DNA of 64,000 nt. Source: Azolla caroliniana. Lineage: Eukaryota; Plantae; Polypodiophyta. The position numbers and the translations under genes were made by a program. The stretch lies in assembly GCA_043228905.1 (NCBI GenBank), contig JBHGNT010000015.1, positions 10,912,001-10,976,000 of the forward strand. The letters run 5' to 3'. Under the pieces are notes generated by a model. The model was not told the origin of the DNA. It ran no database searches and saw only the letters and a list, made by a program, of their open reading frames with translations. This document shows positions 10,154 to 22,049 of the stretch, one piece after another (within the stretch, counting starts at the first letter, position 1; every line of letters begins with the position of its first letter).

Positions 10154-10542
10154 TGTTGGCCGGTCAGAAGAGCAAGGACAAGTGGGAAGGCGGAGTCGGA
10201 TCGGATAATAGGAAGTAAATAATAGTAGATTTATTATTCGGAGGGACGGATCCGGTACAGTTGTACCGATCCGGATCCGGACCGATTCGGATGCCGGTTG
10301 CCTAAGCGCACAGATTGTAACCTTGCCGGATGCCTATAAAAGGATCCGATGATTTGTAAATGCTTTACGGAAGTAATACAATTATACTTATTGCGTGTTT
10401 ATCTTTGTCTTTGTATTGTTTTACCGTCTGTGCTTAGTGTAATCATCTTACGCGTGTAACCTAGCATCCAATCCTTACCACCCCTTTGGAGAAGTGTCGG
10501 ATAGACACCTGTGTTGAGGCTAGTCCGGCCAGGCATACAACA
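10154..10542 (+). repeat. 3' LTR of element A (389 bp)
   Basis: TGTTG...CAACA termini; the 3' 219 bp match 1-219; start inferred from the terminal inverted repeat and analogy to element D. Confidence 0.88.
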
Positions 10543-13306
10543 GTATGAGGTCCTTTTCATCGCTGCGCACAGCCCGTCTCCATATGCCGTCCGCGCCCTT
10601 GTGGTAAAGTGTGTCTCGCAGTAAGCAGAAATGTCGGCTTTGCACCGCCAGGCGTTTCCTTTCATCCCGGTTCATCTCCTCCGGAGGCAGTCCAGTGCTT
10701 AGAAACTGGTGCATATTTGTGAGCCACTTGTCTTCCTGTGCCACCGTTTCATCTGCTGCCGTTTCCATAGTGACTCAAAACAACTCTGCATCCAGAAACT
10801 CGTCCGCTACTCCGTCGCCTGTCTCTCCGGACTCTAATCGGCTTAAATAATCCACTACGGCATGCTGTATACCAGGTCGGTGGAATATTCCGAACTCGAA
10901 TTCCTGTAACAGTAAGGTCCATCGGGCCAACTTACCGGTGAGTGACGCCTTGGACACCAGGTAGAGGAGTGCCGAATGATCTACATGGAAGGAAAATTTC
11001 CTTCCCAATAAATAATGCTGAAACTTTGTCACACTGTAGATCATCCCTAGAGCTTCCCGTTCCATGGTAGAGTAGTTCCGTTCTGCTTGGGATAGCTTTC
11101 GGCTGGCATAGTACACTGGCCGGTACCACTTTGGCTCCGTAAGCTGCATCAGTGCGCTTCTGATTGCGATGTCAGAGGCGTCCACGAACACATGAAATTC
11201 TTTACTCCAATCTGGAGGCTGCACTACCGGTGCTTGCGACAATAGTACCTTGAGGGCCCTATACGCCCTATCCTCGGTGTCGGTCCACTAGAATGGTGTT
11301 CGATGTACATCGGCATGCAACGGTGTAGCCAGGTTGGCCAAGTATCGGAGCATCCGGCTGTGCCACCGGATCTGTCCTAAGAACCGGCTCAATGCCTTTG
11401 CCGTTGCCGGCGCCGGTGCTTCTAATATGGCTTTCACTTTGTCCGGGTCGACTGCAATGCCTTCCTTGCTCACAATATGTCCTAGCAGGGTTCCACTGGA
11501 CACGCCAAATACACACTTCGCCGGATTCAAGCTTAGCCAGTACGCTCTACACTTTTCTAGACAAAGACGGAGGTGCTGCAAATGATCCTCTTCCCAGCTA
11601 TAGACGGCGAAATCGTCAAGGAAAACCTGCATAAAAGCCGGGATATATTCACCAAAGATTTCCATGATGATTCGTTGGAATGTTGTCGGTGCCGTTTTGA
11701 GTCCGAACATCATCACCATGGCCACAAACACCCCCCATTCGGTGACGAAAGTCGTTTTCTCTTGGTCGTCGGGGTACATCCGGATCTGATTATACCCGCT
11801 GAATCTGTCTAGAAAGCTATAGACCTCATGGCCGACGACGGCATCCAACACTCCATCTATGAACGGAAGTGGAAACGCATCCGTTATTGTAGCCGCATTG
11901 AGTTTCCGATAGTCCCCACAAACTCGAATTTCTCCGTTCTTCTTCGGTACGACTACGATCGGGCTCAACCATGTCGCTTTCTTTACCGGATGGATAAAGC
12001 CAACTCTTAGCAGTTTGTCGATTTCCTCCTTGACTTTGGCGGCATAATTGGGATTCATCTGGTACCGTCTTTGTGCCACTGGTTTTGCGTCCTTGCTCAA
12101 GTGAATCTGATGCTGGTATAACTGAGGGTCGAGCCCTCGCATGTCTTCATATGACCAGGCAAACACGTCGCGAAATTCCGTGAGAAGTGTGATCATCGCC
12201 GTTTTGTCTTCGAACTTCATCTCCTTGGCGATGTGCACCGGTTTTGCTTCGTCCGTGGTCCCTAGGTTCACCTCTTAAAGTTGCGACGCTTTTACGCGCT
12301 GTGAAACGACCATTTCCCGTTCCAATGCTTCCTGCGCTTGCCGTAACTCTCGGATTGCGTCCTTATCCGGTTCTGCTTCAGTCTCTTCCGGCTGCTGTAA
12401 GTATGGTGCTACTGCTTCGGCAATGTCAATTTCGAAGAGGGGTACGATCTTCGGGTTTTCCTGCAAGTACTGAGCTTCTTCTTCGTCAGCTAACCCTTCT
12501 AGCATGTTGAGGCACTCTGCATACAACGGTGTACATTCCTTGCCAATGCTCGTCCTTGGCTGTGTTGGTACACGTACCTTGGCTTTTCCTCGCCGGAAGG
12601 TAATTATATTTTTCCTCCAATTCTGTTTGATATGTGCCGTTTTCAACCACGGCCGCCCCAACAATAGCGGGTACCCGCCTTGTGCCTGTAATTGTAGCAC
12701 TACTGCCGAGATGTGAAATGTATGACCGCCAACGGTGACTTCTAATTTTCGTATTAATCTTGTCGGCTGCACTGAGCTTGTATCGCCCATCCGTAACCAG
12801 AACGGACATGGCTCCCACTCGTGGATTCCCAGGGCATCACACGTCCGGAGGCTTATTACATTCACACCGAAGCCTCCGTCTATTACTGTGCCAGGGAATT
12901 CTTTCACTTTTAAAATGGCAGTAATTACCGAACTGTTGGTGTCCACCACCATTGGTCCCTCCTCCGGATTCGAGAAGAGTACCGGTGCCGGTGATGGTTC
13001 TCCTTCCGTCATGGCTGTCTTCAGTCCTTCCGTGAATCTCGGCACGAGCTGTAGGAGTCTTCCTAGTGGCAGCGTAATCTGGCATTCTTGCAACGCTTGC
13101 CATGTCTCGTTCTCGGAGTGACTGCCGCCGGCAAGCCCTACGGTGTTCTCCATTTGCCGCTGTAAGTCTGTTACGTTTTGCTCGTTTGCTTTCTTCACCC
13201 ATTCCGTCACTTGCTTCCGGATGGTCTCCTGCGTCTCCCATTCCTTGGCCATGCCCTTCGACCTTGTGGTCACCTGCTGCAGATTTGCCACTTCAGGGAC
13301 TACCAT
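10543..13306 (-). pseudogene. Pol of element B: protease (12275-13306), RT (11288-12271), RNase H (10775-11242), integrase N-terminal region
   Basis: VIDGGFGVNVI; DYRKLN; FLDDF; FVDASD...NYSTMEREAL...DHSAL; scattered stops; no extra archaeal-type RNase H seen. Confidence 0.92.
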
Positions 13307-15136
13307 ATTTACTGCCGGTCGTTTGTCATAGCTCTTCGCTGGGCATTGATTACTATAATGGCCTTCCTGTCGGCAGTAGTAGCAGTAGGCTTTTCGGGTA
13401 TTGATGGATTCGGCATTGTTTGTTGTACCCGAGGCAGGTCCTGTGGTAAGCGCGAGGTTTTGGGCCTGTTGGCTACTTGAAGCTCCTTGTTCCGGATCCC
13501 GTGGGTGGCCGCCTTTTTTGAAATGCCGTTTTTGTTTATAGTTCTTCTTATTGCGGTACTCTTGACGAGGTTGGTCGTTATATCTGCCGTATTCCTCCCA
13601 TTGCTGCCGATACCCGGGGGAGTGCTCCCGGTCGTAATGTTTGTATCGTCTATTGTAATCCCGGTACCGATCATATCTATCGTCCCGGTCGTAGTTATCC
13701 TGCCGATCACCGTACCGGACATCATTCTCCCGTCAATCGCCATACCAAACATCCTGTGCCGGTTGGTATCGGTCCATTCGCCGCCAACGTTCCTCTTCTT
13801 CATCCCGGCTGCTGCGTGGCTCTATTTGTCGGACGGGCGGTGCTTGCTGGTTCAATAGATTATACTCGCACCTATCCGTCGTATGGCCCTTGGATTGATA
13901 GATTACACATTGCGTCCTCATAGTGCATTCTAGTGCCGAGTGTCCGGAATTCAAGCAGGTTGTGCACTGTATTGCTTGCCGAAACCAGAGGTCTTCATCG
14001 GACGGTAATGCCCGTTGGAGTGCTCCCAGTGTGAGCCAGGAGCTTGTCTTTTCCATCTCTCTCACGCGGTCAATGACCTGGTCGATGGTACTTGCGCGGA
14101 AGTCAATTACCGTGCAAACCGTGCGTAGGGGTTCCCGGAGCGCATTTAGGAATATAGTCCGTAATTCCTCCTCCGGGGGTGCACGGGCAAGCTGACTATG
14201 CATGCGTTGAAACCGGATGACAAACTGGGGAATGCTCTCCCCTTCCTCCTGTCGGATGGTATAAAACAAGCCCACCATTACTGTCTGGTCCACCTCCTTG
14301 TGGAAAAAATGCAAGAATTTAGCTTTTAAATCTGCGAAGCTGGTGATGGTAGACGGGTCCTGCATCCGGTGCCATCTTGCTGCCGGTCCCTCCAATGTGA
14401 CGCCAAATTCCACTATCTTAGAGCGTTCCTCTTCCTCCGGGGTCAATCGTTGGGACACATGGTTTGCTTCCCATGTCTGTTCAAAGGCGTGAACATGAGC
14501 TTCCGCATCCGGATCATCTCTATACTTGGAGTACTGGAACGGCATGTCGTCGTCCGATATCGGTGCGCGGGCTGGTGGTGTTGGTGGTCGTTCCTGGTTT
14601 TTCTCCGGCGTCGGTGGTCTTTCTTGATTTGTCTCCGGCTTCGGTGGTCTTTCCTCTTCTTTTGGTGACGGAGGCCTCTCCTCCTCGACTTCCGGTGTCG
14701 GAGGTCGCTCTTCCTCTACTTCTGGTTCCGGAGGTTCCAACCTTAGCACTTCCGGTTCCTGTGTCGGTAAGGTGTCCGATCCTTCGTCCTTCGGTTCGCC
14801 CGGGGTGTCGTTGCTGCTACGGTAGTTCGTGTGCACGCTGTATCCCCCTTCGGAATCCGATTCATACGCTAAAAAGGCTTCTGCTTCGCCTTCTCTGCTT
14901 GCCAACGCCTGGAGAAGGGATTCGGTTTCCCGGAGGCTGCTTAGGCTGCTGCCGTCGTCTGGGTGCGATGTTTGCTGTAACCGGAGGGACTCCTCCGCTA
15001 CTCTCCGGGTTACGTTGGAAAACGAGCGATCCGCTCTAATTTCCTACGCCGCTTGCTGGAAAGCCTCACGTCTCCTTTGCCTTTCGGCAAGGTGTCGAGT
15101 TCGATCTGTAACCAGGTCATGTGTTGATCTAGTCAT
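13307..15136 (-). pseudogene. Gag of element B
   Basis: Homologous to gag of A; EERPPTPE repeats; CCHC knuckles; stop and frameshift. Confidence 0.88.
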
Positions 15137-15189
15137 CCATTCATGTCGTCGTTCGCTGCAAAAATAGGAATCGTGGTCGCCAAAAACTG

Positions 15190-15624
15190 TGTTAACTCTT
15201 AGGGCCGGACAATGGCCTAACACAGGGTGTCTACGGAAGACACTTCACCAAAGGGGTGTTACGGCAAGAGGATTAGGCTCAACGATTAATCTGACTTAAT
15301 TAGGTTACTTAGCAAGATCGTCCTTAATAATCACACGCGTAAGATATAACAATGAATGCAGAACGACAATTAACACAGAGAGATAAAAACACTAAGATTC
15401 ATTAATTATCCGCTCCACATTACATTGTATCCAGGCCTTTAAATAGGTTTCCGGTTTGTAGTACAAAACGGTGCCATTCGCACATGTTCGGGATCGGTCC
15501 GGATCCGGAACGGCATACCGATTCCGGTCTGTCCGTCCACACTAATAGCTCACTTACAACCATTCCTTAATAATTAAATAACTCCTTCGTTTCACACTCT
15601 GGAATCCTTTGCCGGCTGGTAACA
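15190..15624 (-). repeat. 5' LTR of element B
   Basis: Bounded by PBS and resumption of Copia integrase; TG...CA termini. Confidence 0.85.
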
Positions 15625-18276
15625 GTTTGTTCAGGATGCATACATTCGCAATGCTTCCGAACACTTTGAGATGCGACAGGATCGGCTTTCTTCCGATGAG
15701 GAGCTCATAGGGAGTTAGCTCATGGACTCCATTGGTGGTGCATCGATTCATGAGATAGACGGCCGTGGATGCTGCTTCGGCCCAATAGAAATTCGGCATG
15801 TGCTTTTCATGCATCATGGCGCGTGCTACCTCGAGTATTTGCCGATTTTTCCTTTCAGGGACTCCATTTTGTTGGGGTGTGTGTCGGCATGAGAATTCTC
15901 TCCGAATGCCTTCACTTTGGAGGTAGGAGGTGAATTCGTCGAAGAAGTACTCCTTTCCTCCATCCGATCGTAGGCATCGAATGTGCGGACCGGTTTCTTT
16001 TTCGACTTGCCGCTTGAGCTTTTGGAAGTGGGAGAACACTTCACTCTTCTTCTTCATTGGGTAGATCCACGCGTAGCGCGAGTAGTCATCGATGAAGGTT
16101 ACGTAGTATTGGCATCCACCGATCGTCGGCATTTGAGCTGGTCCCCATACATCCGAGTGTATGACGTTGAAGAGGCCTTTGCTCGCGTGGCTCTCCTTCG
16201 GGAATGGGAGTTGATGTTGTTTGCCGAGTTGACACGCTTCGCATACTTGGTCAACTTGAATGTCGGAAGTCCGATGACGACTCCCTTCGTTTGCATAGCT
16301 CGGAGCTGTCGGAGGTTGATGTGGTGGATTCTTTTGAGCCACAGCTCGATGTTCATCTCATTTTTGAGACCTTTAACGTACATTGCCGATTTCACCTCGT
16401 TCGAATCGAGGATGAACATTCGGCCTTCTCTCTACCCCTTAGCTACGACTCAATCATCTTTCTCGATGAAGCATCCTTCGTTGTTGAAGCGGACTTGCAT
16501 GCCTTGCTCCACGATTTGGCCGGCTGAGACCAAATTCTTCGTTATTGTGGGCACGTGCAAAACATTCTTGATGCAAGTTTGCTCGCCTTCTTTCCCGAAT
16601 GGGACATAGCCGATGTGTCGAATGGGGTGCGTGGTGTCGTCTCCCGTCTCTAGGAAGCCGGGTTGATCCGGCATTCGTAAATCACGAAACCACTCTTCGT
16701 GGGATGTCATGTGATGTGAGGCGCCGGAATCTACAAACCACACGTCTTCCGGATTGGAGATGCCTGCGGAGTCGGAGGCCTTCATAGAGTTCTCTCTATG
16801 CTGCATTACGAATAATCTGCCGTAATGCTCGTATTCGGAGTTGTTGGCGTAGTTTGTGAGTTGTCGGCTTGTTGACGCCGACTCGCTTCTTTTCTTTTGA
16901 CACTCCGCCTCATAGTGGCCGATTTTGCCGCAATAATTGCAAGTTGCGGGCCTTGTTTGCCGACCTTGTTCGGCTTGGAAGCTCCCCCTTCCTTCAAAGG
17001 TTCCTCAATGGCTTCCTCTTCTACCGCCACGACCTCTTCCACGACCACCGTCCGAATTCGAAAAGAACATTTGTCCTTCCGGTGTCTTGCTTTTGGTTCG
17101 GACATGGTTTTCTTTGACCAATAACATCGATTGGAGGTCGAAGAATGAAGGAGGGTTATCTCTCGCCAAGATTGCCATCCGTAGTGGATCAAATCGTTGT
17201 GTGAGGCCGCCCAAGCATACTTGAACCATCTCGTCTTCGTCGACGTTTATGTTGATGGAGCCAAGCGAGTCACAAATGCTCTTGATTTTGGCGGTGTAGT
17301 CCGACACGGAAATGTCTTTTTGCCGAATGTTATTCAACTCTTGCCGGAGTTGAAGTTTGTGGGCGGTCGTGTTGGCGGCGAACATTTTCTTTAAGTTCTC
17401 CCACGCCTCTTTAGGCGTTGTGGCGTCTTGAATGTGGCTAAGCATATGGTTGTGGATACATGTTGCCAAGCAATACATTACCCCACTCACTCCTTGCTCC
17501 CACATTGGGTAGTTGGCGTTTGTGTTGTCGGGCTTGTTCTCGAGTGCGCCGTTGATGTAGCTCCAATACCCTTGGCTAATGACGTATTGGGTCATCTTGT
17601 ACTCCCAAGATGAATAATTGCTCTGGTCTAGCTTTTCACTAGGGAGTGAGCTACCCATTTGTGTGTTCATGTTGTTTTGTGTCTTCCTTTTTGGCTCTTC
17701 TTTCTTCGATCACGTACTTGTGCTACGTAGCGGCACTACGGTAGCGGATGGCCGGAATTTGTCGTTGGCGTTTTGAACACACATTCACGAAGAGTCGGGT
17801 GGGTTTAGTGGATGCTAAACTACACGCTCTGATACCATGTTAAGAATTAGGTAAGTAATTAAACAATGATTAATTAGTACCTAATTATGTGATTAGTTGA
17901 TAAGCGGAAGATTATGTGATATGTGTGTGAGAGGAAGAGAGAGAGAGAGAGAGAGATACACTTATGAACAATACAAGATGGGGGATGAGTAACTATATTA
18001 AATTAGCATTATCATCATCAAATACAAAAATACCTTCAATGAGGTATATATAGGTTTCATGTGCAAGGGTGCACATGTGCTAGGAGAATATAGGTACAAC
18101 GTGTAAGTCCTATATTAAATGAGCATGGAGTGGTGGATCTACAATGTATCCCACTTGAGTACAAAATCCTATTTAAGGCTTTATGGTCAACACACTAACT
18201 AGATTCTATCTAGGTAACTACTAAGTTATATGTGTTGACTAACTAACTAAACTAAGTTGAGCTTGATCTCTCAACA
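15625..18276 (-). mobile_element. Element E: Copia 5' half (LTR 17838-18276, PBS 17826-17837, gag-protease-integrase pseudogene 15625-17670)
   Basis: TGGTATCAGAGC abuts the LTR; WFVDSGASHH; HSDVWGP; RSDGGKEY; frameshifts. Confidence 0.9.
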
Positions 18277-18924
18277 GAAGCATTGGGAGGTTGTCAAGAA
18301 TATCTTTAGGTATTTACGAGGAACTGAAGATGTACAAATGACATTCGGATCAGCCAATCCGACCGAAGTCGAAGGCTATAAAGACTCCAACTACATCGGC
18401 AATTCGAACAATCGGAAGTCGACATTAGGCTATATATTTACCTATCATGGATGTCAAAATTACAAGAGTGCACGGCCCTGTCGACCATAGAGGCCGAGTA
18501 CATTGCCACATTGGAAGTAGTGAAGGAAGCAATTTGGCTGCATCGACTTTCGGTTGACTTCTAGTCAAAGAGCAAAATCGACCATCCAGCGGCGACCCTC
18601 TATTGTGACTCACAAAACACAATGCACCTCATTCGGAACCCAGTCTATCATGCAAAGACGAAACATATTGAGGTGCAATTTCGTCATATCTAGGAGCTCG
18701 TGATGGAGAAGAAGCTCAAAGTTCGGAAGATTGACATCGAGGTGAACATCGTTGATTGCATGACAAAGCCACTCCCAGAACAACGCTTTAGAGCATTGAG
18801 GACAACGATGGGACTACAAGTGATCGAGCAAATGGGCGCCGAACAAACAATTGCAGTAGGTAAGTCGAAGATCTGCCCAACCAAACGAGCCGAAAACACA
18901 AAGTCGAAGCAGACAGATAGCTAA
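18277..18924 (+). pseudogene. Element F: Copia RT-end/RNase H remnant
   Basis: KHWEVVKNIFRYLRGT; HAKTKHIEV; VDCMTKPL. Confidence 0.85.
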
Positions 18925-20004
18925 AAGGCTGAAGACGCAACACTAAGCAAGGATACTAACCGGAGAGGAGACGATTGACAGGCGAGTGTAGCTGAAGGCA
19001 GATCGAGGATCTAGTGAGAAGCACAAATGCTAGATCGAGTGGGAACCAGACGATCCACCAGAGGTCGAGAGTCGGATCTAGACTCATTCTACATCTGTGA
19101 GTGAATAAATAATTGTATGTATTGTAATATGGAATTGTTTTCATTACTTTCCTCTCATATAATGAATTATTGTTTGTTTGAAACATTATTTGAACCTTAG
19201 GTATTTCATTATTATAGCAAGTTGGTTTTACATGTGTTTGTTTGTTGTAAACTATGTAATCTAAGGAAAAGGTGTACTACAAAGGGATGTTGTATTGCCA
19301 ATAGTGTGATTGATATATATGTTAAATGTGGGTTGACCCATGTAGCACATATATTGCTTAATAAGCTTTGCATATTGAATTAGTCATATATTAATCTCTT
19401 CCTTGTTAAATAATTTTGTGATGTGAGAAATTATTGAGCATTTGAAGGAACTTCTTGTAGTGATGGCATATTGATGATGATTGTTGATGAAATTTCATAA
19501 AGTTTAAATATAGATTATCTATCAAACCAAATAATGAACTCGTGAGTCTTTATTAGTAAAAGAATATTTATAATTTAGGTAAACATGGACGCCTTCCCAC
19601 TACACACACATACACATATGCCATACTACTAGGATATACAACACATACATAAATAAACATGGAATACAATACATACATATGAACACAGATACATACACAG
19701 ATAACACATACATACATACACACAACTCATACATAAAATATATACAATATATGTAATACAATATAATACATACATACACCCATTTTTAAAACATACATAT
19801 GTCTTCTGTGTAAGGGCATTTAAAATGAGGCGTTGACAAAATAAATATTCGCACTAAGGGTTATTTTTATTAACTATTTTTTTATAGAAGGGTATCTAAA
19901 ATAGTAAAAAATATACGTATAAGGGGTTTATAAAAGGTGTTGTGAACACACGTGATACAACCTCTTTAAACATAGTGGAGCCCTAGGATATACAACACCT
20001 CCAG

Positions 20005-21770
20005 CTCCATCAACAGGTACAAGGCTCGATTAGTGGCCAAAGGCTATGCGCAACAACACAACATTGACTACGATGAGACCTTCATGCCGGTCGCGAAGAT
20101 GACGATCGTCCGTGTCCTGCTTGTGGTGGCAACGACGAAGGGGTGGCATCTTGATCAGATGGATGTGAAAAACGCATTCTTGCAAGGTGACCTTGAGGAA
20201 CAAATGTTTATGGTTTAGCCCCCCGAGTTTCAGTCCAGAGTGAACACATCAGCTGTATGCCGATTGAAGAAGTCCCTCTACAGACTCAAGCAAGCCCCGC
20301 ACGCTTGGAACGCAGAGACTGCGCCAGATGGGGTTTGCTGCGTCGACATTAGACTGTTCTCTCTTCATCCGACAAGGTCGTAATGGGTCGGTGAGCATAT
20401 TCCTCTATGTGGATGATCTTGTCATCGTCGACGCCGACCTGGACGAAATCGTCCGTGTCCAATCCCAGCTTGCGACATCATTTGAAATGAAGTATCTCGA
20501 TGACCTTCATTACTTCCTCGGGATCGAAGTGATCCACAACCCCCAAGGCATACTGATAAGCCAACGACATTATGTGCTGAGTATGTTGTTCAAATTTGGT
20601 ATGATGGAATGCAAATTCGTCTCGACTCCTCTAGACCGGAATGTGAAGCTTCGCCCCAAGTCCGGAATGACATGCGACCCGAAAAGATTCCAACAGATAG
20701 TTGGAAGCCTCATATATCTCACCATCACCCGACTAGATCTCAGCTATTCGGTTGGATTGATTAGTCAATTCATGGCGCATTCGACTGTGGAGCACCTTCC
20801 GTGCGCGCACCGAATACTCAGGTATGTTAGCGGCACTAAGGATAGGAATGTGAAGCTTCGCCCCGAGTCCGGAATGACATGCGACCCAAAAAGATTCCAA
20901 CAGATAGTCGGAAGCCTCATATATCTCACCATCACCCGACTAGATCTCAGCTATTCGGTCGGATTGATTAGTCAATTCATGATGCATCCGACTGTGGAGC
21001 ACCTTCCGTGCGCGCACCGAATACTCAGGTATGTTAGCGGTACTAAGGATACGAATGTGAAGCTTCGCCCCGAGTCCGGAATGACATGCGACCCAAAAAG
21101 ATTCCAACAGATAGTCGGAAGCCTCATATATCTCACCATCACCCGACTAGATCTCAGCTATTCGATCGGATTGATTAGTCAATTCATGGCGCATCCGACT
21201 GTGGAGCACCTTCCGTGCGCGCACCGAATACTCAGGTCTGTTAGCGGCACTAAGGACAGGGGGTTGTTGTATTGGACTGGTGTAGCCAAACAACTTGTCG
21301 GCTACACAGATGCCGATTGGGCCGAAAATGATGGCAACCGTAGGTCTACATCTGGATATGCTTTTCACTTGGAAGTGTCGCGGTTGCTTGGAGCAGTAAA
21401 AAGCAACCGACAATATCATTGCCGAGTACCAAGGAGCGGCTGTCGCAACGTGAGAAGCCATATGGATAAAAAGGCTACTTAAGGATCTGTGTGTGGAGGT
21501 ATCCGATCCGACGATGATCTATTGTGATAACCTCAACATCATCCAGTTGGTTAAGAACCCTGTCTTTTACGCCTAGACAAAGCACATCGAGGTGCACTAC
21601 TATTTTGTCTGCGAGCGCATTCTCTCTGGTGAAGTGGAAATGTTGCATGTTCCAACGGATCAGTAGGTGGCCAATATTTTCACCAAACCCCTCAACTTAG
21701 ACAAGTTACGGCAATTTTCTGGTCCACTAGGTGGGCAATACCATGATATGCCGAACTTGAGGGGGAGGAA
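20005..21770 (+). pseudogene. Element G: Copia RT-RNase H remnant with internal triplication
   Basis: [11 protein letters not shown]; LYVDD; YTDADW. Confidence 0.9.
20640..21260 (+). repeat. 207-bp in-frame tandem triplication
   Basis: Units start at 20640, 20847 and 21054; 69-aa repeat in ORF 20328-21482. Confidence 0.95.
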
Positions 21771-22049
21771 TGGGAAAGAAGATTGAAAAACGGAGGTGGA
21801 AACCAATTTCGATTTCAGCCCGACCGAAGAAGTCGGAGTGCACGGGTTGACCGAGAAAGCCGATCGCGGACGTAGGGGGGGCCACCGGAATGGAAAACCC
21901 AAGCCGGAGCCAACCGAAAAAGGGGGAGGTAAAGCCAAGAAGGGCAAGAATACCAAGACACGAACATGGTTCGATGTCATGCAGGGTTTGAAGACCGAAG
22001 GCAAGTTGGAGACAGCCAACTCAGCCAAGAGCAGGAACGAATTGGAGAC

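Larger units (their letters stand above)
1..10542 (+). mobile_element. Element A: non-autonomous non-chromoviral (Athila/Tat-superclade-like) Ty3/Gypsy LTR retrotransposon; RT/RNaseH/integrase deleted; 5' end outside window; contains a nested Copia
   Basis: 1-219 matches 10324-10542 with 1 mismatch seen. PBS, gag and protease are followed directly by an extra coiled-coil ORF and the 3' LTR (TGTTG...CAACA). Interrupts the integrase N-terminal region of element B at 10542/10543. Confidence 0.92.
10543..15624 (-). mobile_element. Element B: degenerate non-chromoviral Gypsy related to A (5' LTR, gag, PR, RT, RH, start of integrase)
   Basis: LTR at 15190-15624 (TGTTA...TAACA); PBS at 15167-15182; domain order PR-RT-RH-IN; interrupts integrase of Copia E at 15624/15625. 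Confidence 0.92.

Noticed and set aside
19080-20000. Possible MITE/Helitron in the AT- and CA-rich spacer
   Set aside because: No convincing TIR, TSD or terminal hairpin found by eye.
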